The notes under the pieces are model-generated. The model did not search any database, was not told the DNA's origin, and worked only from the letters and a program-made list of their open reading frames with translations. The translations under genes and the position numbers were made by a program. Positions 27,909 to 37,349 of a stretch of DNA of 64,000 bases are shown piece after piece. How positions within the stretch are numbered: the stretch's first letter is position 1; each line of letters opens with the position of its first letter. This DNA comes from Candidatus Latescibacterota bacterium (GTDB lineage: Bacteria; Latescibacterota; UBA2968). Location: contig OZ242320.1 of assembly GCA_965208125.1 (NCBI GenBank), forward strand, positions 5,376,001 to 5,440,000. The letters are read 5' to 3'.

Positions 27909-28074
27909 CTCTGACCTCCTGTTGGAAGATTGGGGTTTGTCTCTGCATTGTCGAAATATGGTACGCCAACTTTTTGCCCAATCCAACAAAAAAGTTTTGA
28001 AGCGCCAAAAACGCAAAACCGGGACCTGCAGCACAGCCGTAAGCCCCGGTCTAAAAATCCTGTATTTCCGGATA

Positions 28075-29091
28075 TTAAATCTGATGCACCGCCTTGCGCT
28101 TTGCGCGCATACTGGCGTGCGATTCTGGCGATCCATCGTGAAACGTGCCAAACCAGTAATCAAACGGAAAATCATTCTCCCCGTAATTGCACTCAAAATA
28201 GCGGTGATGTAACTGGTGAAAAAACGATGCCGCGGGCATTTTATCACTCCCTCCCACCTCAATTTTATCAAACCCCACGTGCCCCTGTGCTGGCGTAAAT
28301 GCCGCATGTTGTGCATTCATCAACATGTGAATCGGATGGGATGGCACCACCCAGTGAATCAGAATACAGCTAAAATACAACAAATGCTCAATCGGGTGCA
28401 TAGCCAGCCCGGACCACGGCCCAATATTGATATTCTTGTGATGCAAATAATGCGCGGACTTGTACAGCGGTTTCCAATGGGTCAGGCGGTGAGTCCAATA
28501 AAAATGGAAAAGCCGCCAGAACTGAATACCGCACAACAACACAACAAAGTAGATCGGCTCCGTGCGCCAATCAACATAGGGAATTATCTCATTGGCAAAC
28601 GCCCACATAGAAACCACTTCATAAGCCGTCCAGATCGTGCCCCCACTCACACAACTCCAGAAAATATTATCGCGCAGTTGATTGCCCCACAAAAACTTGC
28701 GGTTCGATGTCGCAAGCCATTTCGACGTGTATTTATACCGCGTACCCTGCGCCTTGAACCTGTAAAAATACACATGCCACGCGCCTGCAATGACGATTAG
28801 CATCGCTATATTGCGCACATACATCTCGGCAATCCAATCCACGCGAAATTCCACACAGCGCTCGAGCGCGGGTTGTAAATAAAGCCATGTCCCAATGGCA
28901 ATAAGCATATAAATCGCATTCCAGGGCCACAAATAACCCGGAAAACCGAACATCCACTTCAGCGCCTCAACAGGGCGCGGAGGCCATGCAAAAATCGGCG
29001 CAGGCGCCGGGCGTTTTGCGGGCTGCCACTCGCCACTTTCATCCCGGGAAACGCCATCTACAACTTCCTTCTCCACTCTGGTATCAGCCAT
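28075..29091 (-). CDS. Sterol desaturase/fatty-acid hydroxylase superfamily membrane di-iron enzyme
   Basis: His boxes HRLTH, HYLHH and HQLHH; NYG...DYWFGT. Confidence 0.9.
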   Translation of the reverse strand: MADTRVEKEVVDGVSRDESGEWQPAKRPAPAPIFAWPPRPVEALKWMFGFPGYLWPWNAIYMLIAIGTWLYLQPALERCVEFRVDWIAEMYVRNIAMLIVIAGAWHVYFYRFKAQGTRYKYTSKWLATSNRKFLWGNQLRDNIFWSCVSGGTIWTAYEVVSMWAFANEIIPYVDWRTEPIYFVVLLCGIQFWRLFHFYWTHRLTHWKPLYKSAHYLHHKNINIGPWSGLAMHPIEHLLYFSCILIHWVVPSHPIHMLMNAQHAAFTPAQGHVGFDKIEVGGSDKMPAASFFHQLHHRYFECNYGENDFPFDYWFGTFHDGSPESHASMRAKRKAVHQI

Positions 29092-29150
29092 CTTGATCCT
29101 CCTTGTGTATGCAGCGTTCAGTAGTCAGCCCGCGCACTCCAGCCCCTCTT

Positions 29151-29193
29151 TACTTCCTCCTTCACACTTCCTGTTTCACACTTTCACACTTCC
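29151..29193. repeat. Degenerate 7-mer tandem repeat (xACTTCC/A)
   Basis: TACTTCC TCCTTCA CACTTCC TGTTTCA ... CACTTCC; same unit as 37264-37349. Confidence 0.55.
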
Positions 29194-29196
29194 TAT

Positions 29197-29856
29197 CTAA
29201 ATCCTTCCGCTGACCCACTGAATACCCCGCACTAACACCGACTGAAAATTTCCATCCTTCCACGTCTGATTGTCGTGCCCACTTTGGAAGCAAAACACCC
29301 GCGTACCATTGTATTGTCGCGTCCAGCCGATAGACTTCATACACGCCGGATGATCTGTCGTCAACAGCAAATGGCTATCCGAATCTGGCTCATCCATCAC
29401 ATACGTCTCATCGATCATCTCCCAATCGGATATCTCCCGCGTAATTGGATGATCCCCATCCTCTACCGCAATCCGCATCACCTCATCGTGGCTGAACGAT
29501 TCAAACGACCCCGCAACAACACCGGCCATCTGCACCCAGGGATCCCAATTGGGAAATGCCAAAATCGCGTGGTGCAACAACACAATCCCCTTACCCGTCG
29601 CCAGCCAGGACTCCAGCGCGCTTAGAGGTCGCCCCATCCACCCGGGGCGGTTCTCATCTGTCGGACCTTCCTTGTGCATATTATAAAACACAACCACATC
29701 GTAGAAATCGCGCTCCTCTGCTCGTGGCGATGCAAAATCCTCCAGAGACTGAATATAGGCATCCACGCCATCCAGATTGCGAAACAACCCGTGAAAATTC
29801 GGCACATCGAAACGGTGGCCGCCGGTCACCACCGCAACCTTAATAGAATCGTCCAT
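29197..29856 (-). CDS. ThuA (trehalose-utilisation/GATase-like) domain protein
   Basis: VTGGH, GIVLLHH, HPIT, DETY and GHD. Confidence 0.85.
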   Translation of the reverse strand: MDDSIKVAVVTGGHRFDVPNFHGLFRNLDGVDAYIQSLEDFASPRAEERDFYDVVVFYNMHKEGPTDENRPGWMGRPLSALESWLATGKGIVLLHHAILAFPNWDPWVQMAGVVAGSFESFSHDEVMRIAVEDGDHPITREISDWEMIDETYVMDEPDSDSHLLLTTDHPACMKSIGWTRQYNGTRVFCFQSGHDNQTWKDGNFQSVLVRGIQWVSGRI

Positions 29857-29881
29857 AAATGTACCTCCCGTAAAATATAAC

Positions 29882-31330
29882 CTATCTCCCTCGATCTGTC
29901 TCCCAAACCGGTCTTTCCTGCCACGGCTCAAAATCTGGATTCTCCTCGGGAATTTTGGCTTCGATCTCCTCCTGCCATCCCTTCAGAAGCTCGTGCAACC
30001 GATCTCGTACATCGGGCAATTCATCTGAGAGGTCATGAACCTCGCCAATATCCTCTCGCAAATTGTACAACTCGACATGCCCGGATTCAAAAAACTCGAT
30101 CAGCTTATAATCCCCCGCTCGAACCGAAGATCCAGGCGTCCCTCCCTGATTGCCATAATGCGGAAAATGCCAGAAAATCGCATCGCGCGCAAGATCGTCC
30201 CCCCTCAACAAAGGCGCGATACTCACGCCATCGCAATGCTGATCGGGAATCAGATCCAGGCCCGCCATTTCCAATATCGTCGGATAATAATCTGTACTCG
30301 TCACAGGAACATCGCAAACAGACCCCGCCCTTGCCACACCGGGCCATTTGACAATCAGCGGCTCTCGCGTTCCGCCTTCATACATCCAGCCCTTGCCCTC
30401 GGCGAGCGGCGCATTGCACGTCGGCGAACCTTCACTCGTCGCCAACCCACCATTATCTGAGGTAAACATAATCGCGGTATTATCGGCAATACCCGCCTCT
30501 TCCAGCGCATCCAAAATGCGCCCCACACTCTCATCCATGCTCTCGATCATCGCGGCGTACACCGGATCGGACTGCACCGTCCGCCGCGTAATGCGCCTGT
30601 CCTTTTTGTGTTCCCCCGGAAAGAAATCACCCTCCTCAAACGGCTCAATTTTATCCAGACCCATCTTCTTCGCTTTCTCTTCGTACTTCTCAATCTTTTC
30701 CCGCTTCGCCTGAATAGGCGTATGCACCGTATAATACCACAAATTCAGGAAAAACGGGCGATCATCGCGGTTCTCGATCAAATCTATGACGCGATCCGTC
30801 AAGTAATCCGTCAAATACGTGCCATCTGGAACATCCACATCATCCAGCACCGGAATCGTCCAGGGACTAAAATAACCCCCGCGCCCGGGGGAACCGTGTT
30901 CGCACCCGCCCACATTCACTTCAAACCCGTGTTCTTCGGGATAAAATGCGGGTCCACCCAAATGCCATTTGCCAACATGCCAGGTCGCATATCCCCCGTC
31001 CTTCATCGCCTGTGCAACCGTGCGCTCTTCATGGGGCAAATACCTGAAATAGGGCACATCGATCAATTTTCCGCGATTGGGATGATTTCTCCCGGCCCAA
31101 TCAATAAAATTCGTCACCCCAACCCGCGCGGGATATTTGCCACTCATCACACTCGCGCGCGTTGGCGAACACACCGGACACGACGCGTACGCATCTGTAA
31201 ACTTCATCCCCTCGGCGCACAACCGATCCAGATTGGGCGTCTCGTAAAATTCACTCCCGTAACACGTCGTATCTGCCCACCCGTAATCGTCCAGCAAAAT
31301 AAAAATAATATTGGGTTTGTCCATTTCCAT
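29882..31330 (-). CDS. Cys-type (FGly) sulfatase, no signal peptide
   Basis: PNIIFILLDD, CSPTR, GKWHLG, SDNG and YEGGTR. Confidence 0.95.
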   Translation of the reverse strand: MEMDKPNIIFILLDDYGWADTTCYGSEFYETPNLDRLCAEGMKFTDAYASCPVCSPTRASVMSGKYPARVGVTNFIDWAGRNHPNRGKLIDVPYFRYLPHEERTVAQAMKDGGYATWHVGKWHLGGPAFYPEEHGFEVNVGGCEHGSPGRGGYFSPWTIPVLDDVDVPDGTYLTDYLTDRVIDLIENRDDRPFFLNLWYYTVHTPIQAKREKIEKYEEKAKKMGLDKIEPFEEGDFFPGEHKKDRRITRRTVQSDPVYAAMIESMDESVGRILDALEEAGIADNTAIMFTSDNGGLATSEGSPTCNAPLAEGKGWMYEGGTREPLIVKWPGVARAGSVCDVPVTSTDYYPTILEMAGLDLIPDQHCDGVSIAPLLRGDDLARDAIFWHFPHYGNQGGTPGSSVRAGDYKLIEFFESGHVELYNLREDIGEVHDLSDELPDVRDRLHELLKGWQEEIEAKIPEENPDFEPWQERPVWETDRGR

Positions 31331-32322
31331 TAAATCTCCACATCCACACTCTTGCCAGAAGCCCCCGACTCGCGTGCGGCGTGCAACACCTGCATCACCC
31401 GCAAACCGTGCTCCGCGGTAATAATCAGTTCCTCACCCTCGCGCAAATGCCGCGCGATATTCGCGTGCAGATTTTCGCGCGGTACCGCATCGGTACGCAC
31501 TTCCTCAGAATCTTCACCGTAAACCGTCACCTCGCCACCGCCTCCACGTTCACACACAAGCGTGGCTTCCGTACCCAGAACAACCCACTTATACGGCAGA
31601 GAATAAAAAGAAATATCCGCCTTGGCAGCACGCGCGCGTACCCCATTGTCAAACACCATCACAATATCGAACAAATCGTCTGAATCGCCCCACTTCGTAT
31701 GCCGCACATCGGCAAATACCGATACCACCTTGTGACCCGACATCAAATCGATAATCTGCTCGACCCAGTGCGGGCCAAAATCCAGCAACGTTCCCCCACC
31801 TGCCGCGGCTGTCACGCGCCATTGCTGATTGTAATCGGGCACGCCAAAACCCACAGCGGGACGCGCCCCCATCGTGCGATTCTCAAGCGAAACAATCTCG
31901 CCAACCGCACCATCTAAAACCGCGTGCTTCACCAGACAATAATCGCGATCATAATGCCGGTTGTGGTGCATCGTCAACACTACGCCATTATCTCTGGCAG
32001 CCTGCACCATTTCCTCGGCCTCTGGCCCGGTCAGTGACATCGGCTTTTCAATCAGCAGGTGCTTCTTCGCCGCCGCCACCTTGAGCGCATCCGCATAATG
32101 CGCCGCCGAATGCGTCGCGATCAAAACCAACTCGATATCCCAACCGAGAAAATCATCGAGATCACCGGTCGCACGCAGCCCCTCGGCAACCGCCTCTTCC
32201 CTTCTGGATTCCGTAATATCGCACACCCCCACCACATCGTACAACCCCGTCTCTCGCATCGTTCTCAGATGACCGCCAGCCACCCGTCCAAACCCAATAA
32301 TACCCGCCTTGATCTTTTCCAT
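31330..32322 (-). CDS. Gfo/Idh/MocA-family oxidoreductase
   Basis: GIIGFG, EKP, HNRH and GGGTLLDFGPH. Confidence 0.92.
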   Translation of the reverse strand: MEKIKAGIIGFGRVAGGHLRTMRETGLYDVVGVCDITESRREEAVAEGLRATGDLDDFLGWDIELVLIATHSAAHYADALKVAAAKKHLLIEKPMSLTGPEAEEMVQAARDNGVVLTMHHNRHYDRDYCLVKHAVLDGAVGEIVSLENRTMGARPAVGFGVPDYNQQWRVTAAAGGGTLLDFGPHWVEQIIDLMSGHKVVSVFADVRHTKWGDSDDLFDIVMVFDNGVRARAAKADISFYSLPYKWVVLGTEATLVCERGGGGEVTVYGEDSEEVRTDAVPRENLHANIARHLREGEELIITAEHGLRVMQVLHAARESGASGKSVDVEI

Positions 32323-32395
32323 TTATTCTTCCTCATCGTCTCCGTATTCTTCACCGCGATAAGCCGCGCGCAACTCAGCGATATTGGTCGCCTTC
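32303..32395. repeat. Direct repeat copy 1 (93 bp; partner 33534..33626)
   Basis: 93-bp alignment with 4 mismatches, followed by about 23 bp of more decayed similarity. Confidence 0.92.
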
Positions 32396-32425
32396 ACAAC
32401 GCGCGCATGAACTGTCTCGTTGTAT

Positions 32426-33553
32426 TCATTCGGTCCCGATCCACGCGGAACCGTAGTCGTTATCAAGCTCGCGATACATGCTGTGAGCATGATCTATGGT
32501 GCCTTCGCCGTTTTGAACCGCGTATTCGATTACCATGGACGGGCTGGTCACGCGGAAATACGCGGCGCCCAGGACACCCTGCCGCCCCCACCATCCAAAG
32601 TATGTGTCCTCGATCTCGGCCACCACGGTTTTCATTTTTTCAGCATAGTCGTCATTGTTCATGAAACCCAAACGGGCCTCGATCACATCCAGGAGTAACG
32701 TTCTCTGCATAGCTGTAAGTTCGCTTCCCTTAATGCCTTCCGGCGCAACTGTTGCACCATACTTTCCTGGCCCCAGCAAGAGGTCGATGGGCTGCTCTGC
32801 ACGAACGGCTTGTCCTTTCTGTTCGTCCGTAAGGCTATCCATGAACGCTTGCGCTGCCGCAGTTTCCCTCTGCGTAATGAAGATATCGTCACCGTCAAGG
32901 CGCAAGTGCAGCGGTTGGCCGCCAGTCAGCATCGGTGAAAAGGAAACGTTCGGTCCGAATACTGTGGCGTTTAATGCGAGATGGTGCCCGCCGAACTGGA
33001 ACATCCAGGGCTCTGTACTTGACGGTTCACCGAGAAATGCAGCGTAAAAGTACTCACTGCCGTATTTCATGACGCCGAACAGGTCTCCTGAGATCAGTAA
33101 GTCTGCTGCGGCCAGTTGATAAGTGATATTTTTCACACCGTCTTCACTCAAGAGTTCACCAAGGAGCTTATCGAGATTCGCCCGCTGTATTGCAGAGAGA
33201 ACACCGAGCTTTACACCACCACGCGGAACCATACCCTCAGGAAAGTTGGACCAATTTGAACGCTGTGCGTTATCGGTAAACCGATATGTCGCCGCTTGTC
33301 TCTGGTTGTCGTCCAGTGAGTCCAGAAAGAGCCTTGCAGCCGCCACGATGGCCACGGTCTTCTCGTCGGCAGCAGGCAGGTCGTGAGCGTGCTTGAGATT
33401 GATCTCTACTGGTAAAGGAACCGCTCTAAAAAAGATCCGAGCTACAATATCGGGGTGAAAAAACAGATAGACGAAAACTGCGGCAATGACAATCACTGCA
33501 CCGAGAAGGTAGATCAACACGCGTTTCATGGATCCCGCCTTGATCTTTTCCAT
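32426..33553 (-). CDS. DUF3500-like protein with N-terminal membrane anchor; inserted gene
   Basis: WSNFP, FGGHHLALN and IEY...HAHSMYR...DYG. The first 7 residues (MEKIKAG) are identical to the downstream oxidoreductase start. Native start is probably MKRV at 33529. Confidence 0.78.
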   Translation of the reverse strand: MEKIKAGSMKRVLIYLLGAVIVIAAVFVYLFFHPDIVARIFFRAVPLPVEINLKHAHDLPAADEKTVAIVAAARLFLDSLDDNQRQAATYRFTDNAQRSNWSNFPEGMVPRGGVKLGVLSAIQRANLDKLLGELLSEDGVKNITYQLAAADLLISGDLFGVMKYGSEYFYAAFLGEPSSTEPWMFQFGGHHLALNATVFGPNVSFSPMLTGGQPLHLRLDGDDIFITQRETAAAQAFMDSLTDEQKGQAVRAEQPIDLLLGPGKYGATVAPEGIKGSELTAMQRTLLLDVIEARLGFMNNDDYAEKMKTVVAEIEDTYFGWWGRQGVLGAAYFRVTSPSMVIEYAVQNGEGTIDHAHSMYRELDNDYGSAWIGTE

Positions 33554-33626
33554 TTATTTTTCTTCATCATCTCCGTATTCTTCACCGCGATAAGCCGCGC
33601 GCAACTCGGCGATATTGGTCGCCTTC
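33534..33626. repeat. Direct repeat copy 2 (93 bp)
   Basis: Covers the RraA 3' end, the TAAATG junction and the codons for MEKIKAG. Confidence 0.92.
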
Positions 33627-34279
33627 TTAACGCGCTCTTGAAGCGCCTCTTCTCCTGCGATCAATTCCTTCACATTCGCCAGCACCTCCGCCATCCGATC
33701 TGCGGGAAACTTAACCGCGCCATTTTCATCCATGTGAATAATCTCACCAGGCGCAACATCCATGCCGCAAATCGACACCGGCACATTCACCGCCTGCACA
33801 GCCTGATCGCCATGGCCCGGCGATATACCCGTCAACAAATACTGAAACTCCATCGGACGGATTTCATCGATATCCCTCGACGGTCCATTTGACACACATC
33901 CCACGCACCCCAGCGCTTTCATCGTCGTCGTCATATTGCCGCCCGCAAGCCCCACCTTACCCGCAATCTCCGGCGGAAACTTCTGCTCCAGCGCCAGTAT
34001 CGTCGGCTTTGGCGACGCATCCAGCGCCTCGGACACATCCATAAACGACAACCGACTAAACCCCGCATCCGGTAACCCAAAAGTACACGTCACAGCATAC
34101 CCGCACCGCGCGCCGAGTTCTGGATACATACACTTAATCGTCTGATCCGTGTACCAATTCTCAACCCACGGATTATAAAGCCCCAAACACAACGGATTAC
34201 TCGGATACGTCGCCACCACATTTGTAATAGACGGGGTATCGAAATTCTCCAACTCCTTCAAAATCTCCTGCTCTGTCAT
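33554..34279 (-). CDS. RraA/HMG-aldolase family protein
   Basis: DTPSITN, GYAVT, GPSRDIDE and VAPGEIIHMDENG. Confidence 0.88.
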   Translation of the reverse strand: MTEQEILKELENFDTPSITNVVATYPSNPLCLGLYNPWVENWYTDQTIKCMYPELGARCGYAVTCTFGLPDAGFSRLSFMDVSEALDASPKPTILALEQKFPPEIAGKVGLAGGNMTTTMKALGCVGCVSNGPSRDIDEIRPMEFQYLLTGISPGHGDQAVQAVNVPVSICGMDVAPGEIIHMDENGAVKFPADRMAEVLANVKELIAGEEALQERVKKATNIAELRAAYRGEEYGDDEEK

Positions 34280-34331
34280 GGTAATCTCCTTAAAAGTTGA
34301 TCGCTACTTGTTAGCCTTTTACTCTATTTTT

Positions 34332-34362
34332 ATCGGTGTTTATCTGCGTTCATCTGCGTTCA
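34332..34362. repeat. Short 10-bp-unit repeat (ATCGGTGTTT ATCTGCGTTC ATCTGCGTTC)
   Basis: Three-unit decamer array in an intergenic region. Confidence 0.55.
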
Positions 34363-34380
34363 TGCTCGAATTACTCGCCT

Positions 34381-35397
34381 TCATTCTGCGGATTGATCTT
34401 CATCCTTCTCACTTCCCCAACCTGTCACCACATGTTCCTGATCCCAATCCTGGATCAACGGCTCCAGATCATCCCAAAACGCCTCGGGAATTTCAATACT
34501 GCCAGCTTCGGCATTTTGAATCGTCTCCGCTTTGTTTCGCCCCCCGCAAATCGCCGTTGCAATCAACGGATGCCTCGTACACCACAAAGTGCTTGCAGCG
34601 AGGCAGCCACCAGTGGAATGCCATAATCGTCGCAAAGTGCTTTTATCTTCCCAACGCGGGCCAAAACAGCCTGACTAAAATTGCGATTCACATAAGAATG
34701 TCCGGGCAAGGGACCCGTCGCCAATAAACCGCGCTCCAGAGGCGTAGCAAGCGCAATACCCACATTGTGTTTTTCAGCACCGGGAAAAATGAAAGTGTCC
34801 GCCGTGCGATGAAGGAGAAGAACTCAACAAACTCCAGGCATCGGGAACCACCGAAGCATCAAACTCGCCCGTATCAATGTAGGGACCATTCGAATCGGGA
34901 TCATTCGCCGCAATACCGACAAAACGCACCACACCCTCATCCTGCAATTTTCGCAACGCCCCAAGCGCCCCATCTTTTGCCATCACCTGCTGCATGGGAA
35001 AATCCATCGGATCGTGAATATACAATACATCAAACGCATCCAGCCCCAACCGCTCCTGGCTGTCTTCCACCTGCAGCATCACCCCGTCGAAAGAGAAATC
35101 GTATTCATTTCCCGATCTTCCCACCTTTGTCGTCACCGTACACTTTTCAGCCAGATCGGGGCGTTCGCGCAACGCGCGCCCAATAATTTTCTCGCTCACG
35201 GTATTCCCGTAAAGTGGCGCCGTATCGACCAGCGTACATCCCGCCTCAATAGCAGCCACCACATTCTCTACGCCCACATCTTCATCGACACCCGGCAAAA
35301 AATGACCATCTGCCCCCATCACACGAGCGAGAAATGCCGTGCCAAAACTGACGATTGGAACTTCCAACCCCGTTCTGCCCAATATCTTACTCTGCAT
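34381..35397 (-). pseudogene. Aldo/keto reductase split by two frameshifting insertions
   Basis: AKR motifs (LGRTGL, DTAPLYG, TKVG, LYIHDP) continue across three ORF pieces: 34774..35397, 34563..34763 and 34381..34635. Confidence 0.85.
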
Positions 35398-35427
35398 TGC
35401 AAATTTCCTCCTGAAAAAACCCCTCGC

Positions 35428-35456
35428 ATAATAGACGACAGAACCCCGCGTGTCAA
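35428..35456 (-). promoter_or_regulatory. Sigma-70 promoter of the AKR-RraA-oxidoreductase-sulfatase operon
   Basis: Minus strand TTGACA-17 nt-TATTAT. Confidence 0.7.
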
Positions 35457-35460
35457 TGCG

Positions 35461-35497
35461 AAAAAATCCCCTGCTCTATGTGGTAAGAGCAGGGGAT
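35461..35497 (-). terminator. Intrinsic terminator
   Basis: ATCCCCTGCTCT/AGAGCAGGGGAT stem with a minus-strand T run. Confidence 0.85.
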
Positions 35498-35522
35498 CGG
35501 AATCAATCGACGAAACAAATCT

Positions 35523-36269
35523 CTAAACCGCCATCGCCTCTTCTTTCAGATGCGTCAGCCCTTCAAACTCGCGCCAGATATCGGCCATAGCATCCGTGCT
35601 ATTTTCTCTCGAGTTGACGTGTCGGGGTCTGAAAATCACGGCATAACGGATATCGGGCGAATGATTTGGTCCTCCATTGTGATACATCTGGTGATGGCAG
35701 ATCACGGCATCGCCCGCTTCGCCCATAAACTGAATCGGACCATGCGGCAAATCAATATCGGGAATCCGGCGATTGGCCTTTGCCGTCTCTACATAATTGG
35801 GATCCTTTTGAAACGCCGCCTCATAAGCGCGATGAGACCCGGGCCAAAAACAGAAATTGCCCATAAATGGTCGCGGAACATCGTGAACCAGAATCACCAC
35901 CAGCAGCGTCATACCGCGACTCAGCAACCCATCCTTCAACTTTCCACCCAAATCCAGATGCCCTCGCGTCAGCGGGCGCTCCTCTGCATCGGGAAAATTG
36001 AGCTTCACATTGCCTCCCTGCGGCGGAATCAACTGCCCCTCTCCCACAACTGACTCGCACAGACCCCAAAGCGGCGATTTATTAAACAAATCTGTAATCA
36101 CCGGCTCATTGCTCAACCCCGGATTTCGCCCCTGTGCCATCACACGATAACGCATATGCCGATTAATAGCCTTGCGCGCCTGATCGGCCATCAACTTTGG
36201 TACAGCACCTCGCACAAGCACATATCCCTCTTCGAAAAACTGCTGCTTTTGAGCTTTGGTCATCTGCAT
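35523..36269 (-). CDS. PhyH-family Fe(II)/2OG dioxygenase
   Basis: GHLD, WPGSH and HNGGPNHSPDIRY. Confidence 0.85.
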   Translation of the reverse strand: MQMTKAQKQQFFEEGYVLVRGAVPKLMADQARKAINRHMRYRVMAQGRNPGLSNEPVITDLFNKSPLWGLCESVVGEGQLIPPQGGNVKLNFPDAEERPLTRGHLDLGGKLKDGLLSRGMTLLVVILVHDVPRPFMGNFCFWPGSHRAYEAAFQKDPNYVETAKANRRIPDIDLPHGPIQFMGEAGDAVICHHQMYHNGGPNHSPDIRYAVIFRPRHVNSRENSTDAMADIWREFEGLTHLKEEAMAV

Positions 36270-36278
36270 GGCAACCTC

Positions 36279-37247
36279 CTATTCATAATCCAGCACAACC
36301 TTAATCGCCTCATCGCGATGATCGATAAACAATTCAAAACCCTTTTGCACTTCTGTAAACGGCAAATGGTGTGTAATAATCGGCGAGACATCAATGCGTC
36401 CCTGTGCGATCATATCCATAGCCAGGGGATAATCATTCAGCGAATCTGGCCCCACAGAACCGACCAGCGTCACATTCTTACTGAAAAAAGCGCGATAATT
36501 AAACGCATACACATCGTCATCGGGTACGCCAAACGCCAGCACCGTACCCAGACGCTTGGTTAAATTCAGACACAAATTGACCGTATCCTGATTGTGCCCC
36601 ACAATTTCCACCGTCAGGTCGGCCATGCGCCCATCCGTAATATTTCTCACAACAGCCACCACATCTTCCCTATCGGGATTCACCACATGGGTTGCCCGCA
36701 TCTTTTTGGCCGCCTCAAGACGAAAATCGACCGTATCCACAGCCACAACGGTCTTCGCCCCCAAATTGCTCAACAAATGCGTCATCAACAAACCCATTGG
36801 CCCCTGCCCCACCACCACAGCATCCTGATTGAGAATATTACCCAACTTGCGACACGCCCAAATCACCGTCCCGAGAGGCTGTGACATCAACAACTCATCG
36901 AGCGGTTTATAATCTGCGAGATGCACCCCCACTCTTTCGCTCGAAATATAATACTCAGCCAACCCACCAATACCCGCCGTGGGCCGCGCCTGCACAAAAT
37001 CCCCGGGTTGAAACCGATCCGACGACGACGCAACCACCGTCCCAATACACTCGTGAATTGAAGTCCCAATATTCATCGGATACACTGCGTCCGGCTGTTT
37101 CAATACAAACTTTGGCGAATCCGACCCACAAATCGCGGTCATATGCGCCTTAACCTTTATCGATCCCTTTGGAAAATCCTCAATATTCGGCTCATCGGCC
37201 TCAAACATCTCAATCTGCCGATGAGCGACAACGTGGGCTGCTTTCAC
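36279..37247 (-). CDS. MDR (zinc-type) alcohol dehydrogenase family
   Basis: ICGSD, IHE and GQGPMG; no structural-zinc Cys cluster. GTG start after GGAGG. Confidence 0.9.
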   Translation of the reverse strand: MKAAHVVAHRQIEMFEADEPNIEDFPKGSIKVKAHMTAICGSDSPKFVLKQPDAVYPMNIGTSIHECIGTVVASSSDRFQPGDFVQARPTAGIGGLAEYYISSERVGVHLADYKPLDELLMSQPLGTVIWACRKLGNILNQDAVVVGQGPMGLLMTHLLSNLGAKTVVAVDTVDFRLEAAKKMRATHVVNPDREDVVAVVRNITDGRMADLTVEIVGHNQDTVNLCLNLTKRLGTVLAFGVPDDDVYAFNYRAFFSKNVTLVGSVGPDSLNDYPLAMDMIAQGRIDVSPIITHHLPFTEVQKGFELFIDHRDEAIKVVLDYE

Positions 37248-37263
37248 CAATGCCTCCTTCCAA

Positions 37264-37349
37264 AAGAAGTAAGAAGTGTGAAGTAAGAAGACCCCGCCCA
37301 ACCGCCCAAAGGCTGGTGCTCCATCGCACACTTCCTCCTTCACACTTCC
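37264..37349. repeat. Inverted 7-mer repeat hairpin
   Basis: AAGAAGT AAGAAGT GTGAAGT AAGAAG ... CACTTCC TCCTTCA CACTTCC; an 18-bp stem with 2 mismatches. Confidence 0.6.

Noticed and set aside
27909-28316. N-terminal ORF-track extensions (also 2683-3276, 18994-19311, 57473-57799)
   Set aside because: They overlap real neighbouring genes; SD position and paralog comparison support the shorter starts.
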